Source: Eledone cirrhosa | Lineage: Eukaryota | Length of the DNA: 64,000 nucleotides | Assembly (NCBI GenBank): GCA_964016885.1 | Contig: OZ024752.1 | Span: forward strand, 36,766,001-36,830,000 | Direction: 5' to 3' | In this document: piece by piece, positions 52,671 through 63,951 of the stretch | Layout of the letters: each line of letters starts with the position of its first letter | How positions within the stretch are numbered: the stretch's first letter is position 1 | Translations under genes and position numbers: made by a program | Notes under the pieces: model-generated | The model's database searches: none | Seen by the model: only the letters and a program-made list of their open reading frames with translations | Told to the model about the DNA's origin: nothing

Positions 52671-52781
52671 CACTCTGTGACCTCTTCAGTGACTGGGGAT
52701 TTCTTTCTTCGCGTAGGATAGAAGAAAGGAAAGGCACAGAAACGAAGAAAGAAATCCCCAGTCACTGAAGAGGTCACAGAG

Positions 52782-52782
<1 letters not shown>
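52671..52782. mobile_element. Mini fold-back of family E (5' half of hammerhead)
   Basis: ACTCTGTGACCTCTTCAGTGACTGGGGATTTC...GAAATCCCCAGTCACTGAAGAGGTCACAGAGT between (TA)n tracts. Confidence 0.8.
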
Positions 52783-52832
<50 letters not shown>

Positions 52833-53666
52833 TGATGATTTAATGTTAAAGAATAAACACTAATGATAAAATAAAAACATGTCTCTGAACTGCATCTTAT
52901 TTAGCTTAAGTCCAGCCGAGCACTGAAATCATAACATCAGCACAAAGATTAAAATGAAAAATGGAATACTCTTTAGTTGAACAGTAAATACACGCTTGTA
53001 TCCCTCGGTAGTCAGGAGTGTATTAGTCAGTATTACAATAATATTCTAATACTCAGGACGGCTTTAAGACTCAGCCCGCTTCTACCATGTGTTTTCATTT
53101 CCGTTCTGATTATTATTATAATATTCTCTGTAATAAGATGCACATACTGTGATAACACCATCGAGACAAAATGGCAACGGTTTGTGTGAGCATGACTAGA
53201 AGTTTTCAGTGCGCAACGATAGATGGCGCTGATGTAAAAGCAATGATTACAGTCAGTATTACTCATCATTAACACCCTAATTTTAAGTTTCTTTTAAAAA
53301 AAATAACAACGTATCCATGTAAAAATAAGATATACTACAAGACAAGTATGACATGAATAAACAGTAAGAAGCAGATGTGTTCTGAAACATTTACTACTTA
53401 ACTTTTAATAATTGGGAGCTAAACCAACAGATTCGTATCAAGAATTTCAGCTTTAATTTTTTATGATGATTCATTTTATTTTTAAAAATAAATATCATTG
53501 ATAAGAATGATTTCTGATTTAGGCACGAGGCCAACAATTTTTGGGAGAAGAAAGTCGATTAAATCAACACCAGTATGTTACTAGTACTTTATTTTAACGA
53601 CCCCGATATATATATATATATATATATATATGAAAAGTGTAATTTTCTACACAAAGCGAAGGTTAT

Positions 53667-53811
53667 AGAGAAAATTGAGGTTGGTAATGGCACATGGAAT
53701 ATATGAGTCAGAATACTTTTTTGTGAAAAAACATAATTTTATAAGGTAAGGAAATAATAAAGGGTATAAAAAATGAGCGGTTTCGATGGGTCTGCAAAAA
53801 AAAAAAAAAAA

Positions 53812-53846
<35 letters not shown>

Positions 53847-53967
53847 AGACCCATCGAAACCGGTCATTTTTTATACCCTTTATTATTTCCTTACCTTATA
53901 AAATTATGTTTTTTCACAAAAAAGTATTCTGTCTCTTATATATTCCATGTGCCATTACCAACCTCAA

Positions 53968-53974
<7 letters not shown>
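53667..53974. mobile_element. Fold-back element with a poly(A)/poly(T) centre and a half hammerhead
   Basis: ~130-bp inverted arms; TGCAGACCCATC-GAAA-CCGG-TC. Confidence 0.85.
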
Positions 53975-54060
<86 letters not shown>

Positions 54061-54063
<3 letters not shown>

Positions 54064-54526
54064 AAAGTTATATTTAAATTGTTGGGTTACAACTAGTAAA
54101 TATTTATAACTGATATAAAAGCACTCGACAAGTATTTGGAGTATATTTACAATATTAAATAAATGGAAACTATATTTATAAAACCATATTTATTTCATTA
54201 TATATATTTCAGGGATATCATATTAACAATATGCTATGCCTTCCTCAGACAAAATACAATATAAACAGTTTTATAGATAAATAGATTTGACATACCGTAA
54301 CAACATCGACTTGTATTTGAAAAAGTATTTGAAAAAGTTGAATTGGCAGTTCAACTTTTTCAAATACAAGTCGATGTTGTTGCAGTATGTCAAATCTATT
54401 TATCTATAAAACTGTTTATATTGTATTTTGTCTGAGGAAGGCATAGCATATTGTTAATATGATATCCCTGAAATATATATAATGAAATAAATATGGTTTT
54501 ATAAATATAGTTTCCATTTATTTAAT

Positions 54527-54532
<6 letters not shown>
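54061..54532. mobile_element. Fold-back family F element with a hammerhead in both arms
   Basis: Palindrome 54148-54532; hammerheads at 54192-54255 (-) and 54425-54488 (+). Confidence 0.88.
54425..54488 (+). ncRNA. Type I hammerhead ribozyme (family F)
   Basis: ATTTTGT-CTGAGGA-AGGCATAGCATATT(GTT)AATATGATATCCCT-GAAA-TATATA-TA-ATGAAAT. Confidence 0.78.
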
Positions 54533-54567
<35 letters not shown>

Positions 54568-54572
<5 letters not shown>

Positions 54573-55025
54573 GGAGGTGAGTTTTATTGCAGTACAATAA
54601 AGCAATGCAGATATCGGATAAGAAGCATTCTACATAATATATAAGAACAAAATATGGTTAAAAGAGTTCCATGTATTTTATTATGCGCATTTCAAAAACA
54701 AATATCATCATGCAATAATATTTGTGTTTTCATCAGATAAAACAGGAAGACATGATATGAAGGTTAAAAAATATGTTGATTTAAAACTGCACTATCCACA
54801 AGTGTTTTTTAACCTTCATATCATGTCTTCCTGTTTTATCTGATGAAAACACAAATATTATTGCATGATGATATTTGTTTTTGAAATGCGCATAATAAAA
54901 TACATGGAACTCTTTTAACCATCTTTTTTTCTTATATATTATGTATACTCCAGTCCTACAAACTGTAGAGTGCTTCTTATCCGATATCTGCATTGCTTTA
55001 TTGTACTACAATAAAACTCACCTCC

Positions 55026-55030
<5 letters not shown>
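54568..55030. mobile_element. Fold-back family G element with a hammerhead in both arms
   Basis: ATGTAGGAGGTGAG...CTCACCTCCTACAT ~200-bp arms in (TA)n. Confidence 0.9.
54833..54901 (+). ncRNA. Type I hammerhead ribozyme (family G); antisense twin at 54675-54743
   Basis: GTTTTAT-CTGATGA-AAACACAAATATTATT(GCAT)GATGATATTTGTTTTT-GAAA-TGCGCA-TA-ATAAAAT. Confidence 0.85.
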
Positions 55031-55095
<65 letters not shown>

Positions 55096-55102
<7 letters not shown>

Positions 55103-55349
55103 GTGAGGTTTTTTTACAAAATGAAAAACAAAAGAGGTGTCCTACACGAATGAAAGTATCAGGAAAAAAGATGAAATCGAAAATGCAACTGGAGTCTTTT
55201 TTTTATAAAAATATATATTTATTTGGTTCCTTTACCGGTTTTGCAGTTCTTCTGCTTTTCAAAAGTAGAATTGAGATGGAGGGTTTGTGGTTTTTCTCAC
55301 ATCAGATGAAAATGCAACTCCAGTTACATTTTCGATTTCATCTTTTTTT

Positions 55350-55350
<1 letters not shown>
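55096..55350. mobile_element. (TA)n-inserted element with a partial inverted repeat and a decayed minus-strand hammerhead; second copy at 57467-57665
   Basis: AAAAAAGATGAAATCGAAAATGCAACTGGAGT is inverted at ~55317-55348; minus strand has CTGATGT...[G/A]AAACCGGTA. Confidence 0.6.
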
Positions 55351-55392
<42 letters not shown>

Positions 55393-55567
55393 AATAATAT
55401 GGACGATGTGTCAAATTTTCATTACATTTATTGAAGTGTGACGCGCGTTTCGCGATAGATAGATATATAGATATATAGATAGATAGATAGATAGATAGTT
55501 CATATACAGAAGCAATGTATTTTCAGTGGACCATAATTCGACAAAAATTCGATAATAGTTACCACAT

Positions 55568-55597
<30 letters not shown>

Positions 55598-55603
<6 letters not shown>

Positions 55604-55936
55604 AAGAAACAGGGACTGTGTAGTTGCTGGATAAGGTGTACTTATAAATAAGAAGAAAGCATGAACGGGAAAAAATGTTCCTTCATCAGTTGTCTGGTGG
55701 GGATCATGGATATTTCTACGCATTAAAGACAAGATATCTAAGCCCAGTGCGTCAATAACTAGAGGAAGTTATTGGGGAAAAAAGAGGAAAGAGAAAAATA
55801 TATATATAACAGAAGGGAAAAGGGAAGGGAAATGAAAATCCCCAGCAGACAACTGATGAAGGAAAACTTTCTCCCGTTCATGCTTTTTTCTTATTTATAA
55901 GTACACCTTATCCAGCAACTACCCAGCCTGTTTCTT

Positions 55937-55942
<6 letters not shown>
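55598..55942. mobile_element. Fold-back element (~105-bp arms) with a CTGATGA remnant
   Basis: TACAATAAGAAACAGG...CCTGTTTCTTATTGTA; AGACAA-CTGATGA-AGG in each arm. Confidence 0.78.
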
Positions 55943-56011
<69 letters not shown>

Positions 56012-56178
56012 TAAATTCAGCGAGAATCGTAATTCGGCGGGTAGAAATAAGCGAAACGCAATTTCCGAGTTATGCTGGCAAGCGCTCAATGGACAAAAAG
56101 AGACCAGAACAATAAACATAGGTTATAAAGGCCATACAAACTGAGACGGCGGTTAAGAAGCTATCAACCACCTAAGCT

Positions 56179-56259
<81 letters not shown>

Positions 56260-56977
56260 GATATTCAAATCAGCAAACAGCGAAAGACGCCTTCCGGACT
56301 TGTCCGACAGACAACCTTTCCCCCACCCCGGAAAAAACCCCCAGTTGATGGATGTGAATCCGAAATATATAGGGACTATTAAATCTCTCCCAAGGTAACT
56401 CTCTCTTGTGTTGTTATTATTATTTTTATCCTTTTACTCTGCCCTTCATTCTACACATCTCACACATCTTATACACACCACGCATCTCAACGTACACCCA
56501 CTTACATCTCTCTCTCCACCACCGGACCTTGTTACCCGGAGATTTACCCATTTGCATTGTCGAGGCTTCCAAACGACTTATATATATATATATATATATT
56601 TAAGGACAATTAGTTCCATATTCTAAATCAATACCGAAAGTCTATACACAAAAAAATCTCTTTAAACATTAACTACACTAAAATTCTCAATCAATATAAA
56701 TGCATATGATAAAAACATTGGAATAATAGAGCAATAAGTTTATAATTGATTGAATAAATAAACGGAAAGAAAAAATAATTCGCTTTCAATTTATTGCTGT
56801 TTACTTCCGGTTTGTCTCGTTTTCAATTTATTGTTGGTTACTTCCGTTTTGTCTTACTTGAAAACACATTAATCAACAGAAGAGTGTGAACCAGTGTTGG
56901 ACTTATCTATAAGCTAAAAAAAGCTATAGCTTAGCTCTACACACCCTCGGAGCCTCATGTTTAATAACCTTAATAAA

Positions 56978-57016
<39 letters not shown>

Positions 57017-57018
<2 letters not shown>

Positions 57019-57263
57019 CGATATTAAACAAATGGAAACTATATTTATAAAACCATATTTATTTTCATTATATATATTTCAGGGATACCATATAAAAATA
57101 TGGTATGCCTTCCTCAGACAAAATACAATATATAAACCGTTTTATAAATAAATTTTCCATTTGTTTAGTATCGTAAACCTACTCCAAAATCTGTTGAGTG
57201 CTTTTATATCAGTTATAAAATATTTACTCGTTGTAACCCTACAATTTTAAATAAAACTTTTGC

Positions 57264-57296
<33 letters not shown>

Positions 57297-57447
57297 CAAT
57301 ATATAAACCGTTTTATAAATAAATTTATAATAAATTTTCCATTTGTTTAATATCGTAAACCTACTCCAAAATCTGTTGAGTGCTTTTATATCAGTTATAA
57401 AATATTTACTCGTTGTAACCCTACAATTTTAAATAAAACTTTTGCAT
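57017..57447. mobile_element. Family F copy with a minus-strand hammerhead (57061-57125) and a tandem partial duplication
   Basis: Minus strand reads TTTTGT-CTGAGGA-AGGCATACCATAT(TTTT)ATATGGTATCCCT-GAAA-TATATA-TA-ATGAAA; 57120-57265 is repeated at 57290-57447. Confidence 0.8.
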
Positions 57448-57795
57448 ATATATATATATATATATATTAGAAAGTGAGGTTTTTTTACACAATGAAAAAT
57501 AACCGAGATGTCCTACACGAGTGAAAGTATAAGGAAGAAAGATGAAATCAAAAATGTAACTGGAGTCTTATTTAAAAAATATATATATATTTATTTGGTT
57601 CCTTAATGGTTTCGCAGTTCTTCTGCTTTTCAAAAGTAGAGTTGCGATGGAGGGTCTGTGGTTTATATATATATATATATATAAATGGAATAGAATGAAA
57701 CGAAATTTCATTTCTCACTCTTAGTACGGCACTTACTTAAATGTAAGTATGTTATGTATACGTACATACATATATGTATACAGACGTACAGTAGC

Positions 57796-57855
<60 letters not shown>

Positions 57856-57930
57856 CATATATGCACGTATCAGTTTACCGAACATTTAATATAATGTTCG
57901 CTTTGTTCGTTTATATATATATATATATAT

Positions 57931-58437
57931 ATATTGTTATACTTTGGGAGGGTCATGTTGCCAATAAGAAACACACGCACCAGTTTTTTCGCTTCATTTA
58001 TTATAATAAATTAATAAATTTATAAATTTCTGGTTGGTTGGTTGGTTCCACAACCAGATAGTTGTTTATATATAGTCATAGTTCTTTCGTCACACACTCT
58101 GTGACCTCTTCAGTGACTGGGGATTCCTTTCTTTGTTTCTGTGCCTCTCCTTTGTTCTGTCCTACTAAGGAATCCCCAGTCACTTAAGAGGTCACAGAGT
58201 GTGTGACGAAAGAACTATGACAATATATAAACAGCTATCTGGTTGTGGGAACCAACCAACCAACCAGAAATTTATAAATTTATAAATTTATTATAAATTT
58301 ATTATAATAAATTGAAGTGAAAGCAACTGGTGCGTGTGTTTCTTATTGGCAACATGACCCTCCCAAAGTATAACAATATCGGTTTCAACACACGATTTCA
58401 GATAAAGAATCTTGCTAAACAAATTCAGAAACGAAAT
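57931..58437. mobile_element. Fold-back family E: non-autonomous inverted pLTR pair related to the Penelope element
   Basis: ~200-bp arms; terminus homologous to 40677-40760; hammerhead in both arms. Confidence 0.88.
58074..58118 (-). ncRNA. Minimal type I hammerhead ribozyme (family E)
   Basis: Minus strand reads AGTCA-CTGAAGA-GGTCACA(GAGTG)TGTGAC-GAAA-GAAC-TA-TGACT; the plus-arm twin has a CTTAAGA mutation. Confidence 0.78.
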
Positions 58438-58765
58438 ATATATATGTATATTATCATTAACATATAAAATAATAATCTACGGCCTTTGCAGTAATGAAAG
58501 TATCAAAAACAAAATTGATTAATTTTTTGTGTCTTTCTTCTGTTACATCGACATAACCGTAATCTATATCATGGAAAAGGTATTTCTGATAAATTTCATT
58601 TAAAGGAAAAATTTATTCTTAAGAAAGCTACATGAGAACGAACTAGAGACGGAGGGAGGGGGAGGGGGAGGGCTGGCCATTAAATTGTTATGTTTCATTA
58701 ACTTAAGTTTTTCGTTCGTTATTTAGGTATTATTTGTTGGTATAAAGTGTGTGGGTGGGTGCAAG

Positions 58766-58800
<35 letters not shown>

Positions 58801-59070
58801 GTGTATGTATATATATATGTGTGTGTGTGTGTGTGTATGCATATATATATGCATATATATGTGCCTATATATATGTGTGTATATATATGTGTGTATATAT
58901 ATATATGTGTGTATATATATATGTATGTATATATATATGTATGTATATATATATATGTATATATATCATATATATATACATATGTACGTATATATGCATA
59001 TATATATATATATATGTATGCATATATATATATATAAATGTATGCATATATATATATATATAAATGTATG

Positions 59071-59105
<35 letters not shown>

Positions 59106-59110
59106 GTATG

Positions 59111-59141
<31 letters not shown>

Positions 59142-59142
59142 G

Positions 59143-59208
<66 letters not shown>

Positions 59209-59211
<3 letters not shown>

Positions 59212-59545
59212 TTTTTAGTTTATGTTGGTTGTATACCAACACCTCAGTATGCAGGCTGGAGCACTCGACGAAGTGCGCAGGTTGGTTTGGTTACTCCGGA
59301 GTAGTGTAAAATAAAGTTAAATAAAAGTCATATGACTCCAGTTCCCCAGTGAATTAACAACCCAGCAAGGAACTGGGCATATCAGAGTATTGACAATATC
59401 ATACACCTAAACAACATATGTACTTGTCTATACCACACTAATTCAAACTGCCTGAAGAGGTCACAGCCAAAGATGGCTGTCACTGAAATATATATAGCAG
59501 TAATAAACGAAGCTAAATTTTAATCATTTGACTTTTATTTAACTT

Positions 59546-59551
<6 letters not shown>
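59209..59551 (+). mobile_element. Hammerhead family D element, inverted tail then forward body
   Basis: 59209-59330 is the reverse complement of ~49711-49833; the remainder is collinear with 49513-49735. Confidence 0.85.
59447..59501 (+). ncRNA. Type I hammerhead ribozyme (family D)
   Basis: ACTGC-CTGAAGA-GGTCACAGCCA(AAGA)TGGCTGTCACT-GAAA-TATATA-TA-GCAGT, perfect stem I. Confidence 0.82.
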
Positions 59552-59637
<86 letters not shown>

Positions 59638-59653
59638 GTATGTATATATATGT

Positions 59654-60262
59654 CAGGTCACCAGTTGGTGCTACTGGTAACATGTATTCCAGTACAACCT
59701 GTCCCATGGTCGGGTCGTTGGCGACTAAACTGGCAACCCCACCAAGGTTTCTTGGTGAGGAGGGTGACTTTGGACATCCTGCAGGACTAAAAACAAAGCC
59801 TGTCAAAGGGCAAAGGAGCTCTTAAGAGTCAATGGCCATCCAAAATCACCGGGAGAGATGACCCCTTAGCCTTTCTCAAGGCAGAATTCTAGGAGAAGGA
59901 AAACTCTGATATAACACCTGCAACCCTGATGGTATCCAATGATGTTGACTTGTTCTTCTTTTTGGTAAATATCATCTTGGTTAAGAGAGTGGGACTGGCG
60001 TTGTGCAGTGCCTTTGCTCACTATAAAAGCTTCACGGCACAGGCATTGCTTTATATCTGGAGATCTCTCTGCACTTGTCGTCACATGGTACCATGGGCCC
60101 AGCACTATGTGTCAATAATTGTCACAAGTGTAGTGTTTGTACCAGAGTTTTCAAGTCTCTGGCTGGACTAAAAAGTCACACTCGTTCAGCCCATCGGTAG
60201 GGGTTCTCCTACATGGATATAAAGTAGTGGCCGTACTCGAAAACGAGTTGGCAGCCACCATG
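59654..60262 (+). mobile_element. Internally deleted non-autonomous RTE derivative (putative 5' end joined to a zinc-finger 3' end)
   Basis: 60111-60200 encodes [26 protein letters not shown], like the last finger of the 60.9-63.9 kb LINE; PDG..MMLTCS remnant near 59925. Confidence 0.7.
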
Positions 60263-60337
<75 letters not shown>

Positions 60338-60342
60338 GTATG

Positions 60343-60637
<295 letters not shown>

Positions 60638-60650
60638 GTATGTATGCATG

Positions 60651-60745
<95 letters not shown>

Positions 60746-60750
60746 GTATG

Positions 60751-60781
<31 letters not shown>

Positions 60782-60814
60782 ATAAATATATATGTATGTA
60801 TGTATATATATATG

Positions 60815-60867
<53 letters not shown>

Positions 60868-60936
60868 GTATGTATATATATATGTATGTATATATCCCTC
60901 AGATATGTATGTATATATATGTATGTATATATCCCT

Positions 60937-63903
60937 CAGGCAGACAAAGTCATCGTGCTTGGTGACTTTAATGCTAGAGTGGGTAGGGATTTTAACACAT
61001 GGAATGTAATCGGAAGGCATGGGGTGGGAAAGTGTAACAGCAATGGTATGCTCTTGCTGCAGATGTGTGAGGAGCTGGATCTGTGTGTTACCAACACCAT
61101 GTTCCAACAAAAGAACAAATTCAAGACCACATGGATGCATCCTGCATCTAAGGAATGGCATCTTTTGGACTACGTCCTAGTCAGGATGCGTGACAGACAG
61201 GATGTGCGGTGTGTTCGTGTTCTTCGTGGAGCTGAGTGCTGGACGGACCACCGCCTGGTACGCGCAAAAGTGAATCTAATCACCAAACGTAAAATCCGGG
61301 CTCCTGGTGTTACCCTGCCCAAAAGATTGAATGCTGCTCGTCTTAAGGATAAAAATGTGAAGAGGACATTGGAAGAAGAGATGCAGGCTGCAGATCTTGG
61401 TGAGGATTGGCCGACCCTTAAAAAGTCGGTTTATGATGTAGGCAGACGTGTTCTGGGATTGGTGCAGAGAAAACATCAGGACTGGTTTGATGAGAAAGAT
61501 GTGCATATAGATGACTTGTTGGCTGATAAGAGGCGCGCTCTGTCACGCTACTTGACGGCAAGACCACAGGAGAGGAATACGTTGCATGAGGAGCTCAGGG
61601 ATGTAAAATCACGTGTTAGGCGGAGTCTTTCTCAGATGAAGGATCAGTGGTGGAGTGAGAAGGCTGGTGAGATACAAACTGCGTCTGATTGCAATAACAC
61701 AAAGCTGTTGTACAGTCTCTTGCGTGAGGTTTATGGACCGTCTTCTTCTCTGGTGACACCGATTCGCAGCAGGGATGGCAAAGAACTTCTTCGTGACTCA
61801 CAGGGAATTCTACGAGGGTGGCGGGAGCACTTTGATGATCTTTTGAATCAGCCGTCTGTCGTCAGTGAAGATTTCCTCAATCTCATTCCGGAAAGTCCTG
61901 TGAAAGTAGCTCTCGCAGAGCCTCCGACACTTGTGGAGGTTGCAGTGGCTATTTCGAAGCTGAACAGTGGAAGATCTCCAGGTATGGATGGCATACATGC
62001 TGAGCTCCTACAATATGGTGGTGAGAGACTCCTGCAACATCTTCACTCTCTGTTTGGAAGGATATGGGCTAATGAATCCGTGCCTGAGGACTGGAGAGAT
62101 GCAGTAATGGTGGTCTTGTACAAGGGAAAGGGTAACAGGAATGATTGTGGGAACTACAGAGGTATATCATTGCTTTCTGTCGTGGGGAAAGTTTTATGTA
62201 GGGTGCTTCTGGACCGTCTGCTGACACACATTGCAGATTGTGTCCTTCCTGAAAGTCAATCTGGTTTTCGTGTTGGACGCGGCACTACTGATATGATCTT
62301 CTCAGCTAGACAGCTCCAGGAGAAGTGCATTGAACAGGGCTTGGATCTGTATCAGGTTTTTGTCGATCTGACAAAGGCTTTCGATACTGTCAACAGAGAT
62401 GCATTATGGAAGGTTCTCCAGAAACTTGGTTGCCCTGATAAGTTCCTTGCTTTAGTTAGGTCTTTCCATGACGACATGAAGGCTTGGGTTAATGTCGGAG
62501 GTAACATGTCGGAGCCTATCTCAGTAAAAAATGGAGTGAAACAGGGGGATATTCCAGCACCGACCCTGTTTGCCATATACTTTGCAATGGTTTTCTGTGT
62601 TGCATTCAGGAATTGCGAGCATGGTGTTTGCATCCGATATCGAACCTCAGGCAGCATATTTAACATCAGGCGCTTTGCTGCGAAGACAAAAGTATTTACA
62701 TCAGTCATAAGAGACCTCTTGTATGCAGATGATTGCGATCTTGTAGCGCACACAGAGAGTGATATGCAGCACATTTTGAATGTATTTTCTGACGCTTGCA
62801 CTGCCCTGGGTTTGACTGTCAGTCTCAAGAAAACCGTCGTCATGTACCAACCTGCACCTGGTAGGCAGTACACTGAACCAAACATCTATGTGTATGGCAA
62901 ACGACTTGGAGTGGTTGATCAGTTTGTCTACCTGGGAAGCACTGTCAATCGATACGGCAACCTTGACAGTGAAATCTCACTTAGGATTAGGAAAGCAAGT
63001 GATGCTTTCGGAAAGCTAGAAAGGCGACTCTGGGGTCGGCGAGACATATGCAGGAGGACAAAGGTAAAGGTGTACAGGGCATGTGTACTCTCTTGTCTTC
63101 TTTATGCCTGCGAGACCTGGGTCACATATCGACGCCACCTTAAGCAATTGGAGCGTTTCCATCAGATGTGTCTCAGACGGATACATGGCGTTCGCTGGAG
63201 GGACCACATCAGTGATGTCGAGATTTTGGAAAGCTCTATGTGTGACAGTATAGAAGCTCTTGTGCTTAAGCAGCGACTCCGTTGGAGTGGTCACCTTGCC
63301 AGGATGAAGGATTCTAGAATACCAAAACAACTCTTCTATGGAGAGTTGGTTAAAGGAAAACGACCGCCACATAAACCAAAAAAGAGGTATAAGGATTCCT
63401 TGAAGGCCTCTCTGAAAGACGCTAACATCTCTGCTGATACATGGGAAAATATTGCTGCTGATCGTAATAAATGGAGAAAGACTGTATATGAGGGAAAAGT
63501 TGCCTTTGAGGCATCTCGAATCGCACACGAGAAAGTAAAGCGGGACGTGAGGAAGGGTATTGCTGTTGCACTTCCAGACGGCGAGGGTCCTCCTATGTTT
63601 CTGACATGCAGCGTCTGTGCGAGACTCTGCCTAAGCAAAGCTGGACTCGAAAGTCATCTTCGCAGTCATAAAGTAAGACCAGTGGTTGACTACCAGGCTG
63701 CTGTTGGAGATGCTACTCATCATGCTTGCCAAACATGTGGTAGAGAATGTAAATCAGCAGGAGGACTCAAGCGACATGCAAAAGTACACGAACTCCAACC
63801 ACAGCCGACTATTCCCAGTAAATGTTTTGGTTGCCGACTCTGTGCAAGACATTTTGGATCATTGGCTGGGCTAAAAAGCCACATTCGATCGCAGCACTGT
63901 TAG
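60937..63903 (+). CDS. RTE-clade LINE ORF, 5'-truncated: partial APE endonuclease, RT, three C2H2 zinc fingers
   Basis: [24 protein letters not shown] (APE); [31 protein letters not shown] (RT); CxxC..HxxxH three times; no stops over about 990 codons. Confidence 0.95.
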   Translation, partial: QADKVIVLGDFNARVGRDFNTWNVIGRHGVGKCNSNGMLLLQMCEELDLCVTNTMFQQKNKFKTTWMHPASKEWHLLDYVLVRMRDRQDVRCVRVLRGAECWTDHRLVRAKVNLITKRKIRAPGVTLPKRLNAARLKDKNVKRTLEEEMQAADLGEDWPTLKKSVYDVGRRVLGLVQRKHQDWFDEKDVHIDDLLADKRRALSRYLTARPQERNTLHEELRDVKSRVRRSLSQMKDQWWSEKAGEIQTASDCNNTKLLYSLLREVYGPSSSLVTPIRSRDGKELLRDSQGILRGWREHFDDLLNQPSVVSEDFLNLIPESPVKVALAEPPTLVEVAVAISKLNSGRSPGMDGIHAELLQYGGERLLQHLHSLFGRIWANESVPEDWRDAVMVVLYKGKGNRNDCGNYRGISLLSVVGKVLCRVLLDRLLTHIADCVLPESQSGFRVGRGTTDMIFSARQLQEKCIEQGLDLYQVFVDLTKAFDTVNRDALWKVLQKLGCPDKFLALVRSFHDDMKAWVNVGGNMSEPISVKNGVKQGDIPAPTLFAIYFAMVFCVAFRNCEHGVCIRYRTSGSIFNIRRFAAKTKVFTSVIRDLLYADDCDLVAHTESDMQHILNVFSDACTALGLTVSLKKTVVMYQPAPGRQYTEPNIYVYGKRLGVVDQFVYLGSTVNRYGNLDSEISLRIRKASDAFGKLERRLWGRRDICRRTKVKVYRACVLSCLLYACETWVTYRRHLKQLERFHQMCLRRIHGVRWRDHISDVEILESSMCDSIEALVLKQRLRWSGHLARMKDSRIPKQLFYGELVKGKRPPHKPKKRYKDSLKASLKDANISADTWENIAADRNKWRKTVYEGKVAFEASRIAHEKVKRDVRKGIAVALPDGEGPPMFLTCSVCARLCLSKAGLESHLRSHKVRPVVDYQAAVGDATHHACQTCGRECKSAGGLKRHAKVHELQPQPTIPSKCFGCRLCARHFGSLAGLKSHIRSQHC

Positions 63904-63911
63904 TTGCTATC

Positions 63912-63951
<40 letters not shown>

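Noticed and set aside
56782-56855. Tandem ACTTCCG (ETS-like) sites as a promoter
   Set aside because: A short local duplication with no associated gene in the window.
62352-63638. Antisense ORFs of 100-177 aa
   Set aside because: Shadow frames of the LINE ORF.
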